Assembly (NCBI RefSeq): GCF_009834535.1
Contig: NC_045716.1
Span: forward strand, 22,816,001-22,880,000
Direction of reading: 5' to 3'
Source of the DNA: Camelus ferus
Taxonomy: Eukaryota
Length of the DNA stretch: 64,000 nt
Under the pieces are notes generated by a model. That model was not told the origin of the DNA and ran no database searches. It saw only the letters and a list, made by a program, of their open reading frames with translations. Of the stretch, positions 46,937 to 59,600 are shown piece by piece (the first letter of the stretch is position 1; every line of letters starts with the position of its first letter). The position numbers and the translations under genes were made by a program.

Positions 46937-47694
46937 GTGAGAACAGTTACTGAAGGGCTGTTGTGGGCCTGTTTCCATCTCTGGGCTCCACGGAGGAGGG
47001 CTTGGGGATGGCGGGGACTGTCTCCCACAGCAGCTTTGGACCTAACTGGGGATACCTAAGGATCCTGGAGGTAGGAGGGCACTAATTTTCTTGTCAGATT
47101 AATGGAGTTAGATTAGGAAAAAGGACACTTAAGTCTGGTAAAAAGAAACTTAAAGCTTGGGTTTTGTGGGGTCCTCATGAAAACCTAGAGGTGGGCTCTT
47201 TAAGAATATTAGCTGGCTCATGAGGTTTTAGAATGTCATAACTAGAGTAGGAAGGCCAGAACCCATAAAAAGACTGTTTAAAGTTGGCATGATGTCATGG
47301 CCAGAATGAATGCTGTCGTTGCAGGCTATTACCGAAAAGACTGCTCTCTGTTAGGGAGTGAAGAGGGATGGGGCCTTTGAAAGGGATACAGAAACTATAT
47401 GATGTCAGAGCCCAGGTTAGCTGTGTGCAGTGCAGTGGAGTTTGGGTTTTCTAGGGAGAGGGCCGGTACCACTGAAGGAGTGTCCTGGTCTCTTTAAGCA
47501 GCTGTGGTGGGCTTTGGGGGCCTGGTGATGTCACAGGCGGGAGAGTTCAGGATTGGCTGACCACTGATTCTGCCTTTCCTTGAAAGGACTAGGAAGAGGG
47601 GGCGTGCACCCTGGTTGCCATGGCAACACCAGCCTTCCTTGCTTCATCTCTGCCCTACTTGACCATTCCAGATGCAGTGAGTGAGGGGGGGGCC

Positions 47695-50600
47695 ATGGCG
47701 GAGGAGCGGCCCCCCCGGCTGGTGGATTACTTCGTGATAGCTGGGCTTGCAGGGAACGGAGGACCCATCCCTGAGGAAACATGGGTTCCTGAACCCAGTG
47801 GGCTCCTGCGCCCTCCCCGGCCAGCTGAGCCCATCACAGATGTGGCTGTCATCGCTAGAGCACTGGGCGAGGAGGTGCCCCNNNNNNNNNNNNNNNNNNN
47901 NNNNNNNNNNNNNNNNNNNNNNNNNNNNNNNNNNNNNNNNNNNNNNNNNNNNNNNNNNNNNNNNNNNNNNNNNNNNNNNNNNNNNNNNNNNNNNNNNNNN
48001 NNNNNNNNNNNNNNNNNNNNNNNNNNNNNGCAGGCACCAAGGGAGGGCGGGAAGGGCTCCGGGGTGAGGCAGGGAGAGGGAGGAGTATGGGATGAGGAAT
48101 GGACAGTGAGAATGGGAAGAGAGCGGTCTGGGGGTCAGGGAGAAGGGCCTGAAGTTATATATACTTAGTCCTCTCACAGATTTGGGTTTGTGTACTGGTG
48201 CTGCTACTTGCTAGCTCTGACCTTGGGCAGGCTATGAAGCCCCTCTGGGCCTGTTTCCTCATCTGTAAATTGGGGGAAATAATACCTCCTCATAGGGTAG
48301 TTGAGAAGATTAAATAAGATCATCCATGTAAAGGGACTTAGCACAGAGTCAATAAATGGTAGCTTTTATTCTTAGCATTTATTAATGGGCCTGAGAGCTG
48401 TGGAAGGCTTGGAGGGGTTGTTACTGATCAAGAAGTAGAGCCAAGTGCAGAAGAGGGGATCTGGAGGGCAGAGCGATCGTGCTGTCAGGGTTTGACGAGG
48501 CTGAGTAGGTAGGATAGGACTAGGTAGGCAGATCTAGCAGGACTGGGGTCTTTCTTCTCTGTCCTGAACTCTTGACATCTCTCTGCTCTTTCTGCCAAGG
48601 GTGTTGTACGAGGGGAAAGAACGTCCCAAGCCTGGCTTCCAAGTGCTAGATACGACACCCTACAGTCACTCAGCCAACCTGGCCCCTCCAGGCCCTGGGC
48701 ACCCCCGCACCTACCTCACTTACCGGCGGGCAGCAGAGGGGGCAGGGCTGCATGCCCTGGGCATCACTGACCTCTGCCTGGTACTGCCCAGCAAGGGCGA
48801 GGACACTCCTCATACTTACTGCCGATTGCCCCGCAACCTCAACCCTGGCATGGTGAGTGGGGGCCCCGGCTAAGAGCTGAGACCTGCACCATCTCCCTGT
48901 GAGGGTGTGGACCCTGGGCACAAAGGGCAGCCTAGGACTGAGACCTCTATCGGCAAGGGTGGGCCCAGAGGGGAGTCTGGTCTTGGAGGACTGTGAGTAG
49001 TGGAAGTTCTAATCACCAAGACTACTTAGGGGTGGTGGAGAAAATGGACCCCAGAAATCTTTGTTAGCCGTGTGTCTGCTTGTCTCTTGCCATTTCTGGG
49101 GCAGTGGGGCCCAGCAGTGTACCTGTGCTACAAGGTGGGCCTGGCCAAGGCCAACACGCTCGTGTATGAGGCAGGTGAGTAGCCAACCCCTTGAACCTCT
49201 GTGTCTGTCTGCCCTGGTGCCTCTTGGCTGGCACCTTCAGTGTCCCCAGAACTCACTTCCCCTTTGCCACTTGGCCCTTCTCTGGGATCCTCTGGTTCCT
49301 TCCCCTGGAGTCTGATGGACCCTACTCCTTTTGGGTATNNNNNNNNNNNNNNNNNNNNNNNNNNNNNNNNNNNNNNNNNNNNNNNNNNNNNNNNNNNNNN
49401 NNNNNNNNNNNNNNNNNNNNNNNNNNNNNNNNNNNNNNNNNNNNNNNNNNNNNNNNNNNNNNNNNNNNNNNNNNNNNNNNNNNNNNNNNNNNNNNNNNNN
49501 NNNNNNNNNNNNNNNNNNNNNNNNNNNNNNNNNNNNNNNNNNNNNNNNNNNNNNNNNNCCGGGCTCCACAGGGCCCTCCTGACTGCTCCTCTGCCCTTGC
49601 CAGGTGTACGGTGCTGCCTTGCAGTTCTACGAGGCATTCCCGAGGGCCAGGCTGTCGGAGCGGCAAGCTCGGGCCCTGGGCCTGCTGAGCGCTGTGGAGC
49701 GGGGCCGGGCGCTGGGGGGCCGAGACGTGCGCACCCGCCGCGCCATTGCCGTGCTGTCCCGCTGGCCCGCCTTCCCTGCCTTCCGCGCCTTCCTCACCTT
49801 CCTCTACCGCTACTCCGTCTCAGGCCCCCACCGCCTGCCCCTGGAAGCGTGAGCACGGCTTCCCTGACACCGGGAAGGGTTACAAGAGGATCAGGAGACC
49901 AGGAGAGCTGGAAGAGATTAGGATGGAGCTGGGGGTGGAGAATGGGGCTGTAGTGTGTAGCTGGATGGTTGGTCCATTGCAAAGGGGCTGAGCAGGGCCT
50001 GAAATCCACTCTACGCTTGGTAACTAAGTCCTGGCCAGGGGCTGTGCATGCCCAGAGGGAATCTCTTTCTGAGCTGTACAAATGTTGTATATAATGGAGA
50101 CTCTGATGGCTGACATTGGTCTCAAGGCGGTATTCAGGGAGGAATAAGGTTCTTGTGGACAGGTGAAGGAGAAGAGTGAATGTGGCGGTGAAGTAGACTG
50201 AGAGTCTGCCTCTGACTGTATCCCTCTCTCCCCCAGGCACATCTCCCACTTCATTCATAATGTCCCCTTCCCTTCCCCACAGAGACCCCGCATCCTGGTG
50301 CAGGTGAGAGCTGAGGCCGAGGTAGGGGCTGGATGGGAGGAGGGGAGTTGGCAGGGACTAGCCTTCACCTACCCTGACCCATGGCCCTTCTGCCTCCCAG
50401 ATGTCTCCCTATGACAACCTGCTCCTCTGCCAGCCTGTATCCTCGCCCCTGCCCCTCAGGTATGTGCCCAGGTTGGGGGGGCTTTGATGACCAAGGCCAT
50501 GGTAGGAGCCAGGCAGATGGGCACAGCTGTTGAGGTCTGTGCAGGCTGGGCCCGGGGGTGTCTGCGCCCCGTGGCTAGGGAAGGGCCTCCTGCTGACCCT

Positions 50601-53600
50601 TCCCCCACCTTGGCATTGCCTGCAGTGGTGCCAGCTTCCTGCAGCTGCTGCAGAGCCTGGACCCTGAGTTGGCTATCACGCTGCTGCTGGCTGTGCTCAC
50701 GGAGCACAAACTACTAGTTCATTCGCTGCGGCCGGACCTGCTCACCAGCGTCTGCGAGGCCCTCGTCTCTGTGAGTGCCACCCTCCCTAGCCTGCCTTCC
50801 ACAGAATGTTCTTTCTGGTGCCCCCATCCCTGCCTTGGTTCTCCTTACTTTTCCTTCCTTGGGGAAGGTTCCTCAGCCTTATCCTTGGGTACAGTCTACG
50901 GGACACACAGCTTCTGTCAGGAGCACTTCTTTGGAGCCCAAGTCAGACAGCTTCTCTCAACAGGCACCACCCGCCAAGGCTGATGCCCCCTCTCCCCCTG
51001 CTCACTGGTCTTCACTCCTGATGCTTTAGATGATCTTCCCGCTGCACTGGCAGTGCCCCTACATTCCGCTGTGCCCGCTGGTGCTGGCAGACGTGCTGAG
51101 CGCCCCCGTGCCCTTCATCGTGGGCATCCACTCCAGTTACTTCGATCTGCATGACCCGCCTGCTGATGTCATCTGTGTTGATCTTGATACCAACATGCTC
51201 TTCCAGTAAGAGGGCTGGGTCTCATCCGGGGGGCTGTGTGGAGCTGGGCAGGAGATGGCTGGTGTATGAAGTGCTACCTGCGGGAAGGAAGCCTCAGGCA
51301 GAAAGAGGAGGCTGGCGAGGAGCCCTATGACTCTTTTCTCCTTTTGTTGTCTCATAGGACGGAGAAGAAGCCCCTCTCCCCTCGGACCCTGCCCCGCAAA
51401 CCCTACAAGGTTCTGCTGGCTACACTGACAAACCTGTACCAGCAGCTGGATCAGAGTGAGAAGCCTGGATTGGGGGTGGGAGGCTGGAAACTGTCTTTGA
51501 CCTTAAACCTCCAGTTTGGGGAGGGAGGCCTGTGCAGAGTTAGACCTTACTGGAGGAGGTTAGAGGGGTTAGGATTTCATTTGGTGGAAGTGAGAGGAAT
51601 TCAAATTCCGGTTTAAGCAAAAGGGAGGGACATGTAATATGGATATACCTAAATATGCCAGGAAGGTCCAGCTTACCATTGGGAAGGCTTGAAACTGTTA
51701 CCTGGAGGTAATTTTTCAGTCACTGTTGGCACCAGGTCTGTTAGAAGCTGGAGGTGGTGAGGCGGCAGCGGGGACTCCCGGGTGACGAGCAGGGTTGAGG
51801 CAAGCCCTACAGGTGCTGGCCCTGATTCTCGGCTGCCCTGGTCCCCAGCATATACTGGACCTGAGGAGGAGGCCTCCCTGGAATTCCTGCTAACAGACTA
51901 CGAGGCAGTGTGTGGCCGCCGGGCCCGGCTGGAGCGTGAAGTCCAGGGAGCCTTCCTCCGCTTCATGGCCTGTCTGCTCAAGGGCTACCGGGACTTCCTG
52001 CGCCCGCTCACCCAGGCCCCCTCTGAGGGGTCTCGTGATGTGGACAACCTCTTCTTCTTGCAGGGTAAAGAGGGCCTGTCTCTGCTTAGGGAGGGTGACA
52101 CGGGAGGGTTGGCCAGGGGCTGGGCTTCCAGGGGAAGACAGAGGGGACTGGGAACCACACAGTTGCTTGTTCCCTCACTCGGCATACGTTTTTATGGGCA
52201 TCAGTTTTCAGCCATATGCTCTTGGGAGCTTGGGGGAATAAGGGTACAAAGATGAACAGGCTGTGGCCTTGTCCTCTGGGAAGACCTGGGCTTGGGGGAC
52301 ACAGTGACACCTGTGGTGAGCCACCCCCACTGGCCAAACTCTCTTTAGGTACCCTGTCTTTGGACAACCCCTAGTCTGAGGCAGTAGATGCAGACAGACA
52401 AAACAGAGGATTCCATGGGACCATGGTCCTGGGGGAGCTGAGGGGGTCAGCTTGGCATGTGGTGTAGGGGTGCCAGAGGGGCCAAAGAGAGGATGGCTTT
52501 GATGGCCTTAGATGCCAAGTTGGCAGGGAGCCAAGAAAAAGGTTCAGAAGGGGGTGGCCGTGATAGGGACCCCTGGTAACCTCCCCTGCTCCATTCTCAT
52601 CCCTCAGGCTTCCTCAAATCCCGGGAACGCTCCAGCCACAAGCTGTACTCCCAGCTGCTGCACACACAGATGTTCTCGCAGTTTATCGAGGAATGCTCTT
52701 TTGGCTCTGCTCGGCATGCTGCCCTGGAATTCTTTGACTCTTGTGTTGACAAGGTATTGGGCACTACCCCTTCTCTTTGTGCCTGTTGTCCTCTGCTCTA
52801 TCCTGGCTGTCTCTGCTACCCCAGGGTCACTATAAACACACTCTGTATCTCCTCTGTGGTGGAGATGATGCCTTTGGAGTTATACAGTGCACAGCCTTTG
52901 CAGCCATACATGACGGGCTTCCTAAACCATCTTCCCATTCCTTACTCCATCTCAAGCGACATCTCCAGGGCCTTGGTAGAGTCTGGGCCCATTTGCTTCT
53001 TCTCTATGGATGTGCTTTCCTGGGGGGATGCCATCCTCAGGACACCCTGGCCCTGCTCCATGCCCAGTCTTTTTTTTTTTTTAAGTTGAAGTATAGTTGA
53101 TTTACAATATGTGAATATATGTTATATTAAACATATAATATAAATATAATATAAAAATCAAATATATTTAAATATATTTGTATATTTATTATATATAATT
53201 ATGTTATTTGTTATATATAAATAAATATATAAATGTATTATATTTAATATATTACATTAAAAATATAAAGCAATATATATATTCCTGTTCATATTCTTTT
53301 CATTATGATTTATCATAGGATATTGAATATAGTTCCCTGTGCTATACACTAGGACCTTATTGTTTATTTATATATAGTAGTTTGTATCTGCTAATCCCAA
53401 ACTTCTAATTTATCCCTCCCCCACCCCCTTTCCCCCTTTGGTGACCATAAGTTTAGTTTCTATGTCTGCAGGTCTGTTTCTGTTTTGTAAATAAGTTCAT
53501 TTGTATCATTTTTTAGACTCTACATATAAGTGATATCATATGATATTTGTCGTTCTCTGTCTGACTTACTTCACNNNNNNNNNNNNNNNNNNNNNNNNNN

Positions 53601-56600
53601 NNNNNNNNNNNNNNNNNNNNNNNNNNNNNNNNNNNNNNNNNNNNNNNNNNNNNNNNNNNNNNNNNNNNNNNNNNNNNNNNNNNNNNNNNNNNNNNNNNNN
53701 NNNNNNNNNNNNNNNNNNNNNNNNAAAGTCACGCCCACTGTCTTGATGCTCACTCTCTTACCATCCTGCTCCAGGTCCACCCAGAGCAGGAGAAGCCTGA
53801 GCCGACACCCTTGGTGGAGCTGGAGGAGCTGTCAGGAAGTGAGCTCACCGTCTTTATCACACCTCCTGAGGAGCCCCCGGTGCCAGAGGGCAGTGAATCC
53901 ACTCCCCAGTACTGGTGAGAGCCTCTCGTCCCCTCACTTGTTCCAAGGCCCCACAGGCTGACAGTGCTGACTGCTCCTGATGCTGCAACTCTCTGCCCCT
54001 CCAGCTACGATGGGTTCCCAGAGCTCCGGGCTGAGCTGTTTGAGTCTCCTCAAGAGCAACCCGGGGCTCTGCCTGTGCCGGGTCCATCCCGTAGTGCCCC
54101 CAGCAGTCCTGCCCCTCGCCGTACCAAACAGGTAACCAGCAGGTGGGCCCCACAGAGGCATCTGGCTCACACCAAGGGCTGCTGCTTCAGTTTCTTCATC
54201 TGTAAAATGGATCTAGTAGTACTTACCCCATAAGGTTGTTAGGAGGTTTCATCATGCTTGGCACATAAAGGCACAGGAAACATTAGCACTCATTACCATT
54301 GTCACCTTCCTCATCTTCATTTTCTGAGAACTCTGGGAAGCCAGGGGCTTGCTGCCTCTTCCTGGGCACCTGCTCAGGCTCAAGCTGGACATCTCCCTTG
54401 GGGCTCAGGGCTGTGTGTCCTGCCTCAGCAGCGTACAGCCCCTTCCTCAGGGAGGGCACTGCTTCTCCCACACTATTTTAAGACCTGCCCTGCTCTGGCA
54501 TCGTACTCACCCCGGTGTGTCCCCTGCCCTACCTAGGAGATGAAGGTCGCACAGCGGATGGCGCAGAAGTCAGCAGCCATGCCTGAGCTGTGGGCCCGGT
54601 GCCTGCTGGGCCACTGCTATGGCCTGTGGTTCCTGTGTCTGCCCGCCTACGTGCGGTCGGCGCCCTCCCGGGTGCGGGCATTGCACACAGCCTACCAGGT
54701 GTTGCGCCAGATGGAGAGCCGCAAGGTGGTGCTGCCTGACGAGGTGGGCACCCTCACCCAGCCCCAGCAAAGGCTCATGCAGCTGTGGGGGCTCTGAGAG
54801 GGAGACTTGGTGACCAGGGAAAGCAGATGGGGAGCACGGACACAGGCCAGAGAGCTGGGCAGATACTCCGTTACGTTCACTGAATTAATGAGCATGTTCA
54901 GGGTGTAGAAGTGGAGCCTGCAGGGTGGCAGGGTCAGCCGGAAGGGTGGGTGGCTCAGAGGCAACCCCAGGAGTTTCCAGGGGCCAGTAGAGTCTGAGAA
55001 TTGGGGAGGCTGGAAGACGGTGCTTGCTGAGCCTGGAGGATTCGGGTTGGGAGTGAGTCCGCTCTCATCCTGCGCATCTCCTGGCCCAGGTGTGTTACCG
55101 GGTGCTGATGCAGCTCTGCTCGCACTATGGGCAGCCTGTGCTGTCCGTGCGGGTCATGCTGGACATGCGGCGGGCAGGCATTGTGCCCAACACCATCACC
55201 TATGGCTACTATAACAAGGTACCTAATTGGGGTGAGGGGTGGGATGGCAGCCTGTGCCAGGGGTGTTTATGGGAGGGATGCTGCTCCCTGACACCGTCCT
55301 TGGAGATCAGGCTCCAGACAGTCCAACCAGGTCCCATAACCACTGTCATCCATTGTGCCCCTCTAGTGCCTTAGTGCCTCCAGAGGGTTTTCTCATACTT
55401 GGCTGCTTTGATTCTCACCCGCAACAGCCCTGACAAGGAGGTTGGGCAAGTACTGCTACCGCCCAGTAATCACCGATAGTGTGAGCCAATATGCCAGGCA
55501 CTGTTCCAGATACATTACCCATTTAAAATCACTTTATCTTCAGCACAGCCCCATGAAGTGGAATGATTATTAGCCTCATCTTACAGATGAGGTGATGAGG
55601 TTACAGAGAGTTAGTAACTTGTCTGAGGTCCCACAGTAAGTTAGGGAGTTCAGGTATGAACACAGGCATAGCGATGTGTCCTGAATTTAGGCCCTTAACC
55701 ATGATGCTAAACTATTTCCTGTTTTTTAGATGAGGGAACTAATGACCAAAAATGAACTGATTTCATCAAAGACTGTAGTTTATAAACAGCAGAGTCTGGA
55801 TACAGATTGTCTCCATCACTTCTGACTTCCTCTAGAACCCCACAGGGTGGCTCCTGTCAGCTGCCTCTTCTGGGCTCTTGTTCCTGGCTGAGCCACGCAG
55901 CACAGTCCTAGGCAGGACATCTGGAGGGGAAGCTGGTCCTTGGGGCTCCAGGTCAGACAGTGGGCCTCAGGCTGGGCCAGGGTGTGGAACTAGGCCATCT
56001 TGATGTGCATGGTGCTTGGCAGGCGGTGCTGGAAAGCAAGTGGCCGTCTGGTACACCGGGTGGGCGCCTGCGCTGGGCCAAGCTCCGGAACGTCGTCATG
56101 GGGGCTGCTCAGTTCCGCCAGCCCTTGAGAGAGCGGCGGCAGCGGCGGCAGCAGCCGAAGCAGGAGGAGGAGGCGGAGACAGCAGCACAACGAGAGGCAG
56201 GCAGCTCCCAGACAGGTGGGTAGGGACTGGTGACATGGCTCGGGATGGACTAGGGAGGCTCAGGCAGGGACAGTCACAGAGAACTGGGGCTGGCCTAGTG
56301 GTTGGTATTGAAATTACACTTGGCTGGTGACAAAAGACATGAAGTTCTGCCTGGGAGAAGCCCTATGATTTCAGGTCCACGCAAGGAGCTGTTTTGGAAT
56401 CCGGGGTTGGGTTTCTACCCGGCTGCCTTCAACCCCCTCCCTATCTTTTACAGAGCCCTATCTGGGGCGCCTCTCCCCAACCCGCCCCCTTCAGCGCCAG
56501 ACTACATGGGCTGGGCGAAGCCTGCGGGACCCCGCCTCACCTACGGGGCGTCTGGTGAAAAGCGGCAGCCTGGGTAGTGCCCGAGGGGCACAGCCCACCG

Positions 56601-59600
56601 TGGAGGCTGGCGTGGCCCACAGTGAGTACCCTTGTCCTACCCCCCACCCCTCAGTCCTGTCAGCTTTCCTAACCACTTGCCAGTGAAAGAGGGGAAGACT
56701 AGAGCCAGGATGGAGGGGTGGCGCTTTGTGCTGGGTAGACCCTGAGGGAATCTTGCCTGGAATGCCATCATGGTGGGGGTTGTGGTGCCAGAGTTCGTGA
56801 GGCCAGGAATTGTGTTTACTCAGTTCCTAGAGGAGGGGCTGAGTTCCATCTTCCCTGATTCTTTTCTGCCCTGCAGTGATAGAGGCCTTAGGGGTACTGG
56901 AACCCCGGGGATCACCTGTACCCTGGCACGATGGAAGCCTCTCAGACTTGAGCCTGACCGGAGAGGAGCCAGCAGCTGGAGGCAGCCCAGGGGACTCAGG
57001 CTCAGCCCTGAGTACCCAGTCAACTGAAGCCCTGGAAGGGTCAAGTGGGCGGGTGCCCAAGACTGGTGGGCGTCAGGATGAGGCCAGCACACCGCGACGA
57101 GGGCTGGGTGCCCGCCTCCAACAGCTGCTCACTCCTTCCCGCCGCTCCCCTGCCTCTCGCGTTCCCCCGCCTGAGCTGCCCCCTGATCTTCCTCCCCCAG
57201 CCCGCCGTAGCCCCATGGACAGCCTTCTGCACCCCCGGGAGCGCCCTGGATCCACTGCGTCCGAGGTAGCCAGTGAGGGGAGGGTCCAGCCACTGTAGCA
57301 CCAGGAGGCCTGGGGAAGGGCTGCTGACCAGGTGTGCCCAGAGAGGGCCGTGAGGGGCGGCTGAAGCCAGCATCCTGGGTGAAGAGGAGCATGGGGTGGG
57401 CTAACTGTGCTTTCTCATGTAATGGCAGAGCTCAGCCTCTCTGGGCAGTGAGTGGGACCTCTCAGAATCCTCTCTCAGCAGTGTGAGCCTTCACCGTTCC
57501 TCAGAGCGCCTCAGCGACACCCCTGGATCCTTCCCACCACCTTCCCTGGAAGTGAGGATAACCCCTCCTACACAGATGTGCTTGAACACACACACACCAC
57601 TCCCATTCACTCTGTCACAGGCAGGGGCTGGGAGGAGGTGGGGAGGCTGGGCTGGGATGTGAAGGTGAGAGGGGCAGGGGAAGAAGGAGCATGGGCACCT
57701 GAGCCTGGATGCCAAAAGGGCCTGCTTCCTGGGGTCTCCCTGCCTGCAGATTCTGCTGTCCAGCTGCTCCTTGTGCCGCGCCTGTGACTCACTGGTGTAC
57801 GATGAGGAGATCATGGCCGGCTGGGCACCTGACGACTCCAACCTTAACACGACCTGCCCCTTCTGCGCCTGCCCCTTTGTGCCCCTGCTCAGTGTCCAGA
57901 CCCTTGATTCCCGACCCAGGTGCCCAAAGCGGGGAAAGTGCGGTGGGTGGGCCAGGGAGGTGAAGGTCCAAGGGCTAACCCCTCCCGCTGTCTTCCTGCA
58001 GCGCCCCCGGCCCCAAGCCTGCTGGTGCCAGTGGCAACAGAGACGCTCCTGTCCCTGGGGGCCCAGGCCCCGTGCTCAGTGACCGCAGGCTCTGCCTTGC
58101 CCTGGATGAACCCCAGCTCTGCAATGGCCACATGGGGGTAAGGGCTGTGTGTGTATGTGTTGCCCTGTGGTTGGCTTCAGTGGTGCTGGGGAGAGATGGG
58201 CATCGAGGGCAAGGGGCATCCCAGAAGCTGCTGGCTGTGGTGGCTCAGTGGGAAGCGTGGCTCTGAGGATGGGGCCATGGTACATGCCCTCCACTGCCCT
58301 TCCCCTTTGTGCCTGACAGGTTGCCTCCCGGCGGGTCGAGGGTGGGGCATGGGCATACCTGAGCCCCCTGGTGCTGCGTAAGGAGCTGGAGTCACTGGTA
58401 GAGAACGAGGGCAGTGAGGTGCTGGCGTTGCCTGAGCTGCCCGCTGCCCACCCCATCATCTTCTGGAACCTTCTGTGGTATTTCCAGCGGCTGCGCCTGC
58501 CCAGTATTCTGCCATGCCTGGTGCTGGCCTCCTGTGATGGCCCCCCACCCACCCCGGTCAGTGCCCTGATGTGGTCCCTGCTTCCCCTCCTTGTCTCCCA
58601 GCTCTGTTTCTCAGTCCTCTGTGTCCTTGGTGCTATAGAAAGAGCACAGGCTTGGGAGTCATTTGTACCTGGATTGACTCCTGGCCCTTTTATTTCACTG
58701 TTCTGAGCTACAATTTTCTCATCTGTAAAAAGGTGTAAGCACTCATCTCACTGGTCTGTTGTTGGACACCTAGTATAGTGCCCGGTACCTCGGTGATGAT
58801 TCGTTAATGCTCGTCTATTCATTGCACCAATATTTATTGAGCACCTTTTAGGTTCTAGGCAGAGCGTTAGGCACTAGGGATGTAGCAGACTACAAAACAA
58901 AGTCCTTGCTCTCACAGAGCTTGCCTTCCTGTGGAGAACAAGAGTTCCTTTCCTCTTCTCTTTGGCTATGTCCTGTGATGTCCGTCTGTCTCTGGGAACA
59001 TCGCCTGTCCATTTCCTGTCCTTTGCCTCCCATTCCCTGAGCTTGGCTCCTTTATCTTGGTTCCCTGCAGGCCCCATCTCCTTGGCTAATGCCCGATCCA
59101 GCATCTGTGCAGGTGCGGCTGCTGTGGGATGTCCTGACCCCTGACCCCAGTAGTTGCCCACCTCTCTATGTGCTCTGGAGGGTCCACAGTGAGTCTGGTA
59201 TTTGGCCTAGGGTGGGAAGGGGTGGGTCCCACGCTTAGAGGGCTCATTAATCCTGGGTACCTTTTTTTTTTTCACCTAGGCCAGATCCCCCAGCGGGTGG
59301 TATGGCCAGGCCCAGTACCTGTATCCCTTAGCCTGGCATTGCTGGAGTCGGTGCTGCGCCATGTCGGTCTCAATGAGGTGCACAAGGCTATAGGGCTCCT
59401 TCTGGAAACGCTAGGGCCCCCTCCCGCTGGCCTGCACCTGCAGAGGTATGCTGCTCCCACTGGTCTGTCCCGGCTCCATGCCCCCTTTCCCTCGCTCATA
59501 CCCTCCTGCCTCTGCTCCAGGGGCATCTACCGTGAGATCTTATTCCTGACGATGGCTGCTCTGGGCAAGGACCATGTGGATATAGGTGAGGGAGCAGGCA

